DNA of 64,000 bases, from the NCBI GenBank assembly GCA_035532475.1, contig DATKQY010000061.1:16669-80668 (forward strand). Reading direction: 5' to 3'. The position numbers and the translations under genes were made by a program. A model generated the notes under the pieces. The model saw only the letters and a program-made list of their open reading frames with translations, searched no databases and was not told where the DNA came from. Numbering within the stretch: position 1 is the first letter of the stretch; each line of letters starts with the position of its first letter. Below, in pieces: positions 50,302 through 59,320 of the stretch. This stretch comes from Acidimicrobiales bacterium. Its GTDB lineage: Bacteria > Actinomycetota > Acidimicrobiia > Acidimicrobiales > Bog-793.

Positions 50302-50565
50302 TTCGGCGATCCCCCTTCTTTCGATGATGCTCTACAACGAGAGGGATCGAACCGAGTCGCGGCGACCGCTGCAAGTGTGCCGCGGCGCCCCTCGCGGGTC
50401 CCGTCGGACGCACCTGTACGCGGTCGCCTTCGAAGGGCCCGCTTGCTCTCGACACGCAGGGTACCAGGCTGTTGCTCGTTCGTCACCGGTTCGTTCGGGC
50501 GTGCCGACGGGTCGTTCGCCGGGCTTGTACCGGCGTCCAGGGGCCCTCGCGATCCTCGCGGCGGC

Positions 50566-51879
50566 TCACGGCCCGGGGAGGATCTCCTCCACCGAGGCGT
50601 CGAGGGAGCCGAGCCCCTCGAGGAGGTCGAGCGTCGTGTAGCGGGCGCGCAGGCGGTTGGCGAAGCGGAACGTCGCGCGAAGCGTGGCGCCGTCGAGCCC
50701 GAGGAAACCCGGCGTCGCCGGGATGCCGCTGTCGGCGAGGGCGCCCGACACCTGGTCGAAGCCGGACGCCACGCCGGCGAGGCGCGCGGCGAGCGCCCCG
50801 AGCACGGCCGGATCGCGCGGCCACGCGGGCAGACCCCTCGCGAGGATCTCCGCCTTCTCGCGCCGCACCGCCTCCAACGCGTCGAGCTGCGCTCCGAACC
50901 ACCGCCGGGCCTCGGCGTCGTCCGAGCGCCCCGCAGCTCCTGCCTCCACGGGCGGACCCGCGCCCGGGACGAGGGCGGCGGCCCGGCGCTGGAGCGCCAT
51001 GGCGAAGTGCGTCGCGTAGCCGACCTGCAGCCCGTGCGGGCCGTGGGGCCGCAGGCCCCGGAACGCGAGCAGGTCCCAGAAGTGCGACGCATGGTGCTCG
51101 CAGCCGCTCGCCGGCCGGGAGCTGCCCATCATCGCCATCGCGATCCCCGACTCGACCAGGCCGCGCACGAGCTCCCCGACGGCGTCGGGGCGCCCGGCGC
51201 GCACCTCTGCCGCGTGCGAGGTGCAAAAGCCGAGGGGCCCGAGCACCCTGGCCTCGACGACCGGGCAGAACACCTCGCCGAGCAGCCCGCTCGCGAGCGC
51301 CCAGTCGAAGCGGGCGCACGCCTTGCCGAGCAGGTCACCGAGGCCCCAGACGGTCATCTCGGGCGGGGCGCCCGCGACGACCCCGAGGTCGGCGAAGACG
51401 GCGAGCGGGGTGTGCGCCGCGTGGCTCACCTTCACGCCGTCGAACTGCATCGCCGCGACGTTCGAGGCGTAGCCGTCCATCGAGGCCGCGGTGGGCACCG
51501 ACACGTACGGGCGCCCCTCGAGGAACGTCGCGTAGCGCGTGACGTCGTTGATCACCCCGGAGCCGACGGCGAGCACGCCGTCGGGGCCGTCGGCGCCGAG
51601 CCGCGCGCGCGCCGCCGCGACCGCCCCCTCGTCGGCGAGGAGGCCCGAGCGCTCGCGGAAGGACAGGCGCGTGACGAGGTGCCCGGCGGCGCCGAGCTCC
51701 TCGGCGAGACGGTCGCCGAGCGCCTCGGCGGTGTTGGCGTCGTCGACGAGGAGGAGGCGACGCCAGTGCTTCTGGTCCACGTAGGCGCCGAGCCGCTCCA
51801 GCGCCTCGAGGCCGACGACGACCTCCTCGACCGGGACCTCGTGGTCGAGCCCGCACGCGGGGCACGGCGACGCGCTCAC
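50566..51879 (-). CDS. araM: sn-glycerol-1-phosphate dehydrogenase-like enzyme (AraM/EgsA branch of the Fe-ADH/DHQS superfamily)
   Basis: AVGSGVINDVTRY (GGGxxxD-like), VPTAASMDGYAS, SGCEHHASHFWD, HGLQVGYAT. It is the last gene after araA-araD, as in the Bacillus subtilis ara operon. Confidence 0.65.
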   Translation of the reverse strand: MSASPCPACGLDHEVPVEEVVVGLEALERLGAYVDQKHWRRLLLVDDANTAEALGDRLAEELGAAGHLVTRLSFRERSGLLADEGAVAAARARLGADGPDGVLAVGSGVINDVTRYATFLEGRPYVSVPTAASMDGYASNVAAMQFDGVKVSHAAHTPLAVFADLGVVAGAPPEMTVWGLGDLLGKACARFDWALASGLLGEVFCPVVEARVLGPLGFCTSHAAEVRAGRPDAVGELVRGLVESGIAMAMMGSSRPASGCEHHASHFWDLLAFRGLRPHGPHGLQVGYATHFAMALQRRAAALVPGAGPPVEAGAAGRSDDAEARRWFGAQLDALEAVRREKAEILARGLPAWPRDPAVLGALAARLAGVASGFDQVSGALADSGIPATPGFLGLDGATLRATFRFANRLRARYTTLDLLEGLGSLDASVEEILPGP

Positions 51880-51942
51880 GGTCGGGGGACCATCGCCCGG
51901 GCGCCGGCGCCGGGCCCCGTCGTCCTCCTCACCCGCCGCGGG

Positions 51943-52635
51943 TCACGACGCCTGGCCGTAGTAGGCACCGGGGCCGTGCTTGCGCTGGTAGTGCTTGTCG
52001 CGCACCGACGGCGCGAGCGGCCCGGCGTCCGGCCGCAGCACCAGGGTGAGCAGCGCCATCCGGGCCACCTCCTCCAGCGTCACCGCCCGTTCGACGGCCT
52101 CGGCCGGGTCCGCCCCCCAAGCGAACGGCCCGTGGCCCGGTGCCAGCGCGCCCGGCACCTCGTCGGTCCCCCGGTCGCCGACCGCCTCGACCAGGATCGA
52201 GCCGGTGCTGGCCTCGTACTCCCCCGCCACCTCGTCGTCCCTCAGGTGCCTGGCCACCGGCACCGGTCCGGGGCAGAGGTCGGCGTGGGTGGTGCCGAGG
52301 ACCGGGATCTCGCGTTCCGCCTGCGCGAAGGCCGTCGCCCAGGTGGAGTGGGTGTGCACGACGCCGCCGAGCGCAGGGAAGGCCCGATAGAGCCGGACGT
52401 GCGTCGGCGTGTCGGTCGATGGGCGACGGTCGCCCTCGACGACCCGGCCATCGAGGTCGACGACGACAAGGTCCTCGGTGCCCATCACCTCGTAGGCGAG
52501 CCCGCTCGGCTTGATGACCACGAGGCCGCGCTCGCGGTCGATCCCGCTGACGTTGCCCCAGGTGAGCGTGACGAGCCCGTGGCGCGGCAGTGCCAGGTTG
52601 GCGGCGAGGACCTCCTCGCGCAGTCCCTCGAGCAC
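51943..52635 (-). CDS. araD: L-ribulose-5-phosphate 4-epimerase
   Basis: TWGNVSGIDRERGLVVIKPSG...PSTDTPTHVRLY...GGVVHTHSTWATAFAQA...GHGPFAWG. Confidence 0.92.
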   Translation of the reverse strand: MLEGLREEVLAANLALPRHGLVTLTWGNVSGIDRERGLVVIKPSGLAYEVMGTEDLVVVDLDGRVVEGDRRPSTDTPTHVRLYRAFPALGGVVHTHSTWATAFAQAEREIPVLGTTHADLCPGPVPVARHLRDDEVAGEYEASTGSILVEAVGDRGTDEVPGALAPGHGPFAWGADPAEAVERAVTLEEVARMALLTLVLRPDAGPLAPSVRDKHYQRKHGPGAYYGQAS

Positions 52636-52675
52636 GTCATCCTCCCTCGGTCGGCCCGACGGCGACCTTAGGCTC

Positions 52676-54076
52676 TCACAGCTCCACGAAGTCGATGTCG
52701 AGCAGCTCGGCGAGGACCCGCCACCGCTCGACGTGATCGCCGAGGTTCATGCAGAAGTGGTGGGTCCCGCCGTTGCGGAGCCATCCCGTCAGAAAGGCGC
52801 GCATGCCCGAGTCCGGCCGGTAGTGGAAGTACGGCATCTCGACGTTCGGGAGCACGGGCGTGTCGAGCACCTCGCCCCTGGCGACCGCGAGGCGGTAGCG
52901 CTCGCCGTCGAGCGGGATGAGGGTCGCGGTCGTGGCGGTGCCCGGCTCGGCCGAGAAGACCGTCGTCGGCGGGTTGCTGAGACCGCCGATGCCGAGTGGC
53001 CGGTCGACCAGGCGGACCGGGCGGTCACGGCGGGCGATCCGCCAGTTGCCCTCGCCCATGTGGCTGATGAGCACCGAGTCGAGCTCGTAGTCCATGGCGT
53101 ACATCTCGCTGAAGTGCGCGTCGCCGATCAGGGTGTGGCTCGCGTAGACGAGCGACGCCGCGTTCGTGTCACCCTCGGCGCCGTAGCCGTAGCCGTCGGC
53201 CAACAGATTCGAGGCCGCGAGCAGCGGCAGCTGCTCGAAGCGGCCGTCTCGTCCCACCGGCTCGAAGTGGACCGACAGCCCGTGGTAGCCGCCGTCCTCG
53301 AGGATCTCGCGAAGCGCGAGCTCGAAGCGGATGGCGTAGGCGTGACGTTCGGGCGGCAGGTCGGGGTCGATCTCGAACTGGGCGGCGTGGCGGGCGCGCA
53401 CCTGCTCGATCCGTCCGTCTTCGACCCGACCCATGCGCGCGTGGACGTCCCCGAGGTTCTCGTTCACGACCATCGGCCCGAGCTTGCGCAGCAGCGCCGT
53501 CGGGTCGTAGAGGACGTCCTCCATGCCGTTCATCGGGTAGCCGAAGAGCGCGATCTTCGTCCGCTTCAGCCTCGTCACGGTTCTGGCGGCCCGCGCCCAG
53601 GACTCGAAGGCGGCGAGGAACTGCGCGGAGCGCCACTCCTCGGTGATCACCGAGTACGGGATGCCGGCGCGCAGCAGCGCGTTCGACTGGTCCTGCGCGC
53701 CGTGGATGCCCTGGTTGTACGTCAGGTCGTCCATCGTCCACTCGGCGGTGACGACCGGCTCGGGCTGGATGTTCGCCAGCAGCAGCGGGAGCGGGTTCTC
53801 CTGCAGCGCGCGCAGCGTTCGCATCGCCGGCCCGTAGGTGAGCATCACGATCATGATCCCGTCGAGGTCGCGCGAGTTCAGGTCCCGCACGATCTCCTCG
53901 ACGTCCTCGCGGTTGCGGGCCGGGCGCGTGAACACGACCTCGGCGACCGGTTCGAGCCGGGCGCACAGCTCCCGGGCGAACTCGGCCTGGTGCTCGGTGA
54001 TGCGCGGGATCATCTCGTCGTAGAGCTCCTGCATGATCCCGAGCAGGCCGATCCGTGGGCGCTCGCTGGTCGTCAC
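52676..54076 (-). CDS. araA: L-arabinose isomerase
   Basis: GTG 54076 preceded by GGGAGG (VTTSERPRIGLLGIMQELYD). MLTYGPA...TYNQGIHGAQD...GYGYGAEGD...HMGEGN...GGTHHF. The upstream part of ORF 52676..54307 looks non-coding. Confidence 0.9.
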   Translation of the reverse strand: MTTSERPRIGLLGIMQELYDEMIPRITEHQAEFARELCARLEPVAEVVFTRPARNREDVEEIVRDLNSRDLDGIMIVMLTYGPAMRTLRALQENPLPLLLANIQPEPVVTAEWTMDDLTYNQGIHGAQDQSNALLRAGIPYSVITEEWRSAQFLAAFESWARAARTVTRLKRTKIALFGYPMNGMEDVLYDPTALLRKLGPMVVNENLGDVHARMGRVEDGRIEQVRARHAAQFEIDPDLPPERHAYAIRFELALREILEDGGYHGLSVHFEPVGRDGRFEQLPLLAASNLLADGYGYGAEGDTNAASLVYASHTLIGDAHFSEMYAMDYELDSVLISHMGEGNWRIARRDRPVRLVDRPLGIGGLSNPPTTVFSAEPGTATTATLIPLDGERYRLAVARGEVLDTPVLPNVEMPYFHYRPDSGMRAFLTGWLRNGGTHHFCMNLGDHVERWRVLAELLDIDFVEL

Positions 54077-54844
54077 TGTTGCCTCCCTGTCTCCGGGGCT
54101 GTCCCCGACCGTCCTCCGAGGCGCGCCGTGCGCCAGCGCTGACAGGCCCGCTGACGGGCCGGCCGCTGCGGCCCTCGGCCCCACCGCGTCGGCGACCCGG
54201 GGGGCGCGCCCGGAGCATGTCCGACGCGCGATGCCGGCTGCCCAGGCGGAGGACCCGGAGTGCGGCCGAGGTGGCGCCCGCCACGACGGACCTCGTCCGG
54301 CACGCATCTCGACCCGGCGCGGGCCGGGGTGCGCATCAACCGCCGAGGGTTGCCGTGAGGCCTGAAGACCTCCGAAATGCTACCGCTCGTCGCTCGCCTC
54401 CGGGGTTTCGAGCACCTTCGTCGAACACGTCCGGCTCCCGCCGGGACCAGCGCGTGACTCCTCGCGGCGACCGCTCGTCGGCCGGTGGCCGCGCGCGCCG
54501 ACCTAGCGGGGATCCAAGCCGCCGACCGTCGTGTCCGTCGTCACCGCGTGCCTGAGCGCGTCGCGGACCCGAGCGGGGCCCGCCGAGGAGCGGCCGACGG
54601 CGTGGGGCACCACCTGGCGGCCACCGGTGCTCGTGGATCTCGCGGGGCGACGCTGGCGTGACGCCCCCGCGGACCCCGTTGCACCCTCTGGTGAACGCCA
54701 TCGGCAACCCCACGCCGCCTCCGCGAACCGGCCGCCGGCGGCGGCAGACCCGCTCCGCACACCGGGCTCGAGCCAGGTCCCCCCGAGCCGAACGCCGGCT
54801 CCGGGGCGCCCGCCCGACGTCGGGAGCGCAGCGGTCAGATCATT

Positions 54845-54860
54845 TTGTGAGCGCTAACAG
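54845..54860. promoter_or_regulatory. LacI/AraR-type operator, near-perfect palindrome TTGTGAGCGCTAACAG
   Basis: Half-sites TGTGAGC / TGTTAGC (one mismatch). From memory it resembles the LacI-type AraR box of Corynebacterium glutamicum (ATGTtAGCGnTaACAT). It lies immediately downstream of the -10 element below. Confidence 0.55.
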
Positions 54861-54865
54861 TGACG

Positions 54866-54895
54866 AATCTACGGGCGCCGGTGAAGGCGTGTCAA
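54866..54895 (-). promoter_or_regulatory. Near-consensus sigma-70/SigA-type promoter facing araA: -35 TTGACA, 18-nt spacer, -10 TAGATT
   Basis: Minus strand reads gagccTTGACAcgccttcaccggcgcccgTAGATTcgtcacTGTTAGCGCTCACAaaatg. The plus-strand complements are tgtcaa at 54890-54895 and aatcta at 54866-54871. Confidence 0.55.
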
Positions 54896-54918
54896 GGCTC
54901 GTCCGCGCCCGGCGCGCC

Positions 54919-55908
54919 TCAGCGGGGGGCCGGGGCCGCCGTGCTCTGGCGCACGACGAGCTCGGGGGGGATGACGACCCGCTCGACGCTGCGGGAGCCG
55001 GAGTCCAGCCGCTCGAGCAGGAAGCCGAGGCAGCGTCGCCCGACCTCGTCGAAGTCCTGTCGAACGGTCGTCAAGGGGGGCGTGAAGAACTCGGACTCGG
55101 CGATGTCGTCGAAGCCCACGACGCTCACGTCCTCGGGCACGCGCCGGCCCCGCTCGCGCAGCGCGCGCAGCAGCCCGAGCGCCATGTGGTCGTTGGCGGC
55201 GAACACGGCGGTCGCTTCCGGGATGCGGGCCAGCGTGGCCCCCGCGTCGAAGCCCGAGCGTGCCGTCCAGTCCCCTGCGAGCGGCGACGGCACCTCCGCG
55301 CCCGCATCCTCGAGCGCGAGGCGCCAGCCGGCGACGCGCTCGCGTGCCTCCAACCATTCCGTCGGTCCCGCGACGTGAAAGACCGTGCGGTGACCGAGGG
55401 AGAGCAGGTGCTCGGTCGCCGCGCGCGCTCCGCCGCGCTGGTCGACCGTGACGACACCGAGGTCGGTCTCCGGGTCGCCCTCGACCACGACGACCGGCAG
55501 GTCGGTCGGCAGGTCCGCGAGGGCGGCCTTTGCCGAGGTGAGCGGGGCGATGACGATCACACCCTCGACCGACTGCTCGGCGAGTCGCGCGATCGCCTCC
55601 TGCACGGGCAGACGGTCGATCGAGCGCAGGCTGACGACGCTCACGAAGTACCCGGTCTCGCGCGCCGCGCGCTCGATGCCGTAGAGCGTGGCCACGGGGC
55701 CGAACAGCGTGGTGTCGAGCGTGACGAGTCCGAGCGTCCGGGAGCGTCCGGTGACGAGGGCACGCGCCGCGAGGTTCGGGCGGTAGCCGAGCTGGTCGAT
55801 CGCGGCGAGCACGCGGACCCGCGTCGTCGGCCGGACGCTCGGGTGGCCGTTCAGCACACGCGAGACGGTCTGGTGCGAGACGCCGGCGAGCTTGGCGACG
55901 TCGGTCAT
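54919..55908 (-). CDS. araR: LacI-family transcriptional regulator, probable arabinose repressor
   Basis: ATG 55908: MTDVAKLAGVSHQTVSRVLNGHPSVRPTTRVRVLAAIDQLGYRPN (LacI HTH) plus a periplasmic-binding-fold core. It sits between araB and araA. Confidence 0.85.
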   Translation of the reverse strand: MTDVAKLAGVSHQTVSRVLNGHPSVRPTTRVRVLAAIDQLGYRPNLAARALVTGRSRTLGLVTLDTTLFGPVATLYGIERAARETGYFVSVVSLRSIDRLPVQEAIARLAEQSVEGVIVIAPLTSAKAALADLPTDLPVVVVEGDPETDLGVVTVDQRGGARAATEHLLSLGHRTVFHVAGPTEWLEARERVAGWRLALEDAGAEVPSPLAGDWTARSGFDAGATLARIPEATAVFAANDHMALGLLRALRERGRRVPEDVSVVGFDDIAESEFFTPPLTTVRQDFDEVGRRCLGFLLERLDSGSRSVERVVIPPELVVRQSTAAPAPR

Positions 55909-56185
55909 CGCCGGCGACCGCTGCGCTCGCTGCGCGGCCGGGCTCCGAGGCTCGGGTCGCTGGCCAGCGACCACGGGCGTCACCTGGTCGCGCGGGCGCA
56001 CGACGCCTCGGCGCGCTCTGGCCGTGGCGCAGGCCCCCCGCCGGCTGCCGACCGAGCCGGCGAAGCGTGGCGCCGGTCGGAGTGCGGTAGGAGCGCGACC
56101 GGTCGAGCCGGCCCCGGGCGCCGGTCGGCGGCAGCCGTCTCGGGGGGTCCGGGGCGGCGGGCGGCTCGGCGCGGCGCGGGCACGC

Positions 56186-57874
56186 TCAGGTCGCGCCGCT
56201 CAGGCCGGCGCCGCGCCGGAGCTGCTTCAGGTCATGGAGCACATCGACCCGATCACGGCCGAGCAGGTCGTGCAGGCTCCGGTAGATGCCGTAGGCGGGG
56301 GCGAGCGCCGCCGAGGTGGCAGGGTCGGGACGGTAGTGGCTCGAGGCGCTCGGTCGGAGCGCCGCCACCGCGCTCGACAGATCGTCGAAGCCCCCGGCCG
56401 CGCCGCCCGCGGCGACGGCGCCGAAGAGCGCGGCCCCGCGCGCCGGGATCTGGGTCGCGTCGGGGATGCTCACCTCGAGGCCCGTGGCATCGGCGATGAG
56501 CTGCATGAGCAGGGGGCTCTTCTCGGCGATGCCACCGCAGGCCACGATCTCGCCGAGCGCGAGCCCGTGCTCGGTGAAGTTGTCGACGATGCGGCGGGTT
56601 CCGAACGCGACCGCCTCGAACATCGCTCGGTAGATCTGCTCGCGCGTGGTCGACAGGCTGAGCCCCGCCAGGACGCCGGAGAGGTCGGCGTCCGCGAGGA
56701 CCGAGCGGTTCCCGTTCCACCAGTCGAGGGCGACGAGGCCGGAGGCACCCGGGGGCACGGTGGCCGCTGCGGCCTCGAGCTCCTCGAAGCGGCGCTGGCG
56801 CTGCCCGGGCGCCTCGCCCGGCGCGATGAGCCGGTCCACGTACCAAGCGAACATGTCGCCAACCGCCGGTTGGCCGGCCTCGTAGCCGAACAGACCCGCC
56901 AGGATCCCGTCCTCGACGACGCCGGTGATGCCAGGCATCCTGACCTCGTCCGGATCGACGACCATGTCGCAGATCGAGGTCCCGATGACCATGACGAACA
57001 CGCCGGGCCGTTCGACCCCGGCGCCCGGCACCGACACGAACGAGTCCACGTTGCCCACCGCGACGGCGACGCCGGGGTGCAGGCCGAGGTCGGCGGCGAG
57101 CGCCGGCACGAGCGTGCCGGCACGCGTCCCCGGCGCGGCGAAGCCCGTGCCGAGCTTCGCCGCCGGGTCGGCGAAGCCCGGGAACGCCGCGTCGAAGTAC
57201 GCTGATGATGGCAGGCCCTCCCTCGCCGACCAGAACGCCTTGTATCCCGCCGGGCAGGCCGCGCGGACCTGAGCGCCGCACAGCTGCCAGACGATCCAGT
57301 CGGTCGCCTCGATGAAGGCGCTCGCCGCGTCGTAGACCTCGCGGTCCTCCTCCCAGAGCTGGATGAGCTTCGGGAAGTACCACTCCGAAGAGATCCGTCC
57401 GCCGTAGCGGGCGAGGAAGGGCTCCCCCCGCTCGAGCGCCACCTCGTTCAGCCGGTCCGCATGTCGCTGCGCGGCGTGGTGCTTCCACAGCTTCGTCCAC
57501 GCGTGCGGGCGGCGGCGCCACTGCTCGAGCATCGAGAGCGGGGTCCCGTCCGCCGTCGTCGGGAGCACGGTGCAGGAGGTGAAGTCGACGCCGATCCCGA
57601 CGACCGCCGCCCCCGAGACGCCCGCCTGGGCGAGGGCCGCTGGGACGCCGCGCCGCAGCACCTCCAGATAGTCCGAGGGGTCCTGCAGCGCCCAGTCGGT
57701 CGCCAGCCGCTCACCGGTCTCGAGCTCGGCCTCGATGACGCCGTGCGGGTAGCGGACCTCGCTCGTGGCGAGCTCGGCGCCCGACGCGAGGTCGAGGACG
57801 AGCACCCGGCCGGACTCGGTGCCGAAGTCCACGCCGAGCGCGAGCCGCTCCGCCGCTCGAAGGTCCCCCGCCAT
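56186..57874 (-). CDS. araB: Ribulokinase (FGGY family)
   Basis: LGVDFGTESGRVLV...GIGVDFTSCT...YGGRISSEWYFPK...GTSICDM...ACGGIAEKSPLLMQL. Confidence 0.9.
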   Translation of the reverse strand: MAGDLRAAERLALGVDFGTESGRVLVLDLASGAELATSEVRYPHGVIEAELETGERLATDWALQDPSDYLEVLRRGVPAALAQAGVSGAAVVGIGVDFTSCTVLPTTADGTPLSMLEQWRRRPHAWTKLWKHHAAQRHADRLNEVALERGEPFLARYGGRISSEWYFPKLIQLWEEDREVYDAASAFIEATDWIVWQLCGAQVRAACPAGYKAFWSAREGLPSSAYFDAAFPGFADPAAKLGTGFAAPGTRAGTLVPALAADLGLHPGVAVAVGNVDSFVSVPGAGVERPGVFVMVIGTSICDMVVDPDEVRMPGITGVVEDGILAGLFGYEAGQPAVGDMFAWYVDRLIAPGEAPGQRQRRFEELEAAAATVPPGASGLVALDWWNGNRSVLADADLSGVLAGLSLSTTREQIYRAMFEAVAFGTRRIVDNFTEHGLALGEIVACGGIAEKSPLLMQLIADATGLEVSIPDATQIPARGAALFGAVAAGGAAGGFDDLSSAVAALRPSASSHYRPDPATSAALAPAYGIYRSLHDLLGRDRVDVLHDLKQLRRGAGLSGAT

Positions 57875-57882
57875 GCGGCGTC

Positions 57883-57911
57883 ACGCTAGGAGTGGTGCCG
57901 CGGCACGTCAA
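57883..57911 (-). promoter_or_regulatory. Candidate araB promoter: -35 TTGACG, 17-nt spacer, -10 TAGCGT, ATG 8 nt downstream (leaderless-like). The spacer carries the 12-bp palindrome GTGCCGCGGCAC.
   Basis: Minus strand reads gtgTTGACGtgccgcggcaccactccTAGCGTgacgccgcATG. No Shine-Dalgarno precedes the araB ATG. Confidence 0.4.
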
Positions 57912-57949
57912 CACGCCCGCGCCGTCCACCGGCGGCGGCCGAGGTGGCC

Positions 57950-59320
57950 TCAGCGGTGGACGCGCGTCCCCTCCCGGGTGTCCTCCACCTTCCAGCCGAG
58001 CGCCTCGATCTCGTCGCGCAGCGCATCGGCCGCCGCGAAATCCCGGGCGTCACGGGCGGCGTCGCGACGCGCCATGAGCTCGCCCACCCGGGCGTCGGGT
58101 CCCACCTCGCCGCCGCGCGGATGGAGGCCGAGCACGGCGAAGCACGCCAGCGCGGCGTGCGCGAGCGGGATTCCGGCGGCCGCGTCTCCCGCGTCGAGGA
58201 GGGCGTTCGCGCGCCGGACGCCCTCGAAGAGCGCGGCGACCGCCCGGGTCGTGTCGAGGTCGTCGTCCATCCGCTGCTCGAAGAGCCTGACGAGCGCGTC
58301 CGCCTCGGCTGAGCCCGGCGCGTCCGGGGCGGGGCGATCGGCACCCGCCATCCGCAGGTCCAGCGAGTCGATGCGGCCGACGGCGCTGGCCGCGCCCTGG
58401 AGGAGGTCACCCGTGATCTCGAGGGGCGAGCGGTAGCCGGACTGGACGACGAGGAGCCGGTAGGCGCGGGGGTCGTTCTCGGCGAGCAGGTCTGCGAGCG
58501 TCGTGAAGTTCCCGAGCGACTTCGACATCTTCTCGCCGCCGACGGTCACGAGCCCGTTGTGCACCCAGTGCCGGGCGAAGCCGCGACCGAGCGCGACGGC
58601 CTGGGCCCGCTCGTTCTCGTGGTGGGGGAACATGAGGTCCTGCCCGCCCCCGTGGAGGTCGAAGTCCTCGCCGAGCAGGGCGAGCGCCATCACGACGCAC
58701 TCGGTGTGCCAGCCCGGCCTGCCGTCGCCGTAGGGCGAGGGCCACGTGGGCTCGCCTGGCTTCGCCTTCTTCCAGAGCGCGAAGTCGAGCGGCGAGCGCT
58801 TCTCCTCGTTCAGCGCGACACGCGCCCCGGCCCTGAGCGAGCCGAGGTCCTGGTGCGCGAGGAGGCCGTAGCCGGGGACGCGCTCCACCTCGAGGTAGAC
58901 GCCGTCCGAGGTCTCATAGGCGGCGCCGGCCCGCACGAGGTCGTCGACGAGCTCCACCATCTCGGGGATGTACGCGGTGGCGTGGGGGTCGTCGTCGGGC
59001 CGCTCGACGCCCATCCGGTCGAGCGCCGACCACCATTGGCCCTCCCACTCCGTCGCCACGTCACGCCAGTCCCGCCGCTCGGCCCGGGCCCGGTCGAGGA
59101 TCTTGTCGTCGAGGTCGGTGACGTTCGAGACGAAGTGGACCCGAAGCCCGCGGTAGCGCAGGTACCGTCGGAGCACGTCGTAGACGAGTGCGAACCGCCC
59201 GTGCCCGGCGTGCGGCGGGCCGTACACGGTCGAGCCGCAGACGTACAGCCCGACGTGGCCCGGGTCCCTCGTGACGAGCTCGTCGACGCGCCCGGTCGCA
59301 GTGTCGTGCAGCCGGAGCAC
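57950..59320 (-). CDS. cysS: Cysteine--tRNA ligase
   Basis: YVCGSTVYGPPHAGHGR (HIGH-like), VSNVTDLDDKI, KMSKSLGNF. The C-terminal anticodon-binding tail is present, which argues against MshC. GTG start. Confidence 0.92.
   Translation of the reverse strand: MLRLHDTATGRVDELVTRDPGHVGLYVCGSTVYGPPHAGHGRFALVYDVLRRYLRYRGLRVHFVSNVTDLDDKILDRARAERRDWRDVATEWEGQWWSALDRMGVERPDDDPHATAYIPEMVELVDDLVRAGAAYETSDGVYLEVERVPGYGLLAHQDLGSLRAGARVALNEEKRSPLDFALWKKAKPGEPTWPSPYGDGRPGWHTECVVMALALLGEDFDLHGGGQDLMFPHHENERAQAVALGRGFARHWVHNGLVTVGGEKMSKSLGNFTTLADLLAENDPRAYRLLVVQSGYRSPLEITGDLLQGAASAVGRIDSLDLRMAGADRPAPDAPGSAEADALVRLFEQRMDDDLDTTRAVAALFEGVRRANALLDAGDAAAGIPLAHAALACFAVLGLHPRGGEVGPDARVGELMARRDAARDARDFAAADALRDEIEALGWKVEDTREGTRVHR

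Noticed and set aside
50341-50362. tRNA T-loop-like string (minus strand GGTTCGATCCC) in the csp leader
   Set aside because: The flanking bases do not form a T-stem (only 2 bp pair). No acceptor, anticodon or D arms can be drawn, so it is not a tRNA.
49588-54142. 1027-aa and 543-aa plus-strand ORFs across usp/csp/araM/araD/araA
   Set aside because: They are antisense to five well-supported minus-strand genes and have shadow-ORF composition.
52676-54307. Upstream extension of araA to ATG 54307 (543 aa)
   Set aside because: The extra 77 codons are Arg/Ala/Pro-rich and unlike AraA N-termini. GTG 54076 has a GGGAGG Shine-Dalgarno and gives the expected N-terminus and length.
54033-54857. Short ORFs (60-170 aa, both strands) inside the araR-araA gap
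   Set aside because: All are Arg/Pro/Gly/Ser-rich, lack Shine-Dalgarno sequences and show no recognisable motif. I treat the gap as non-coding and flag it as a finding.
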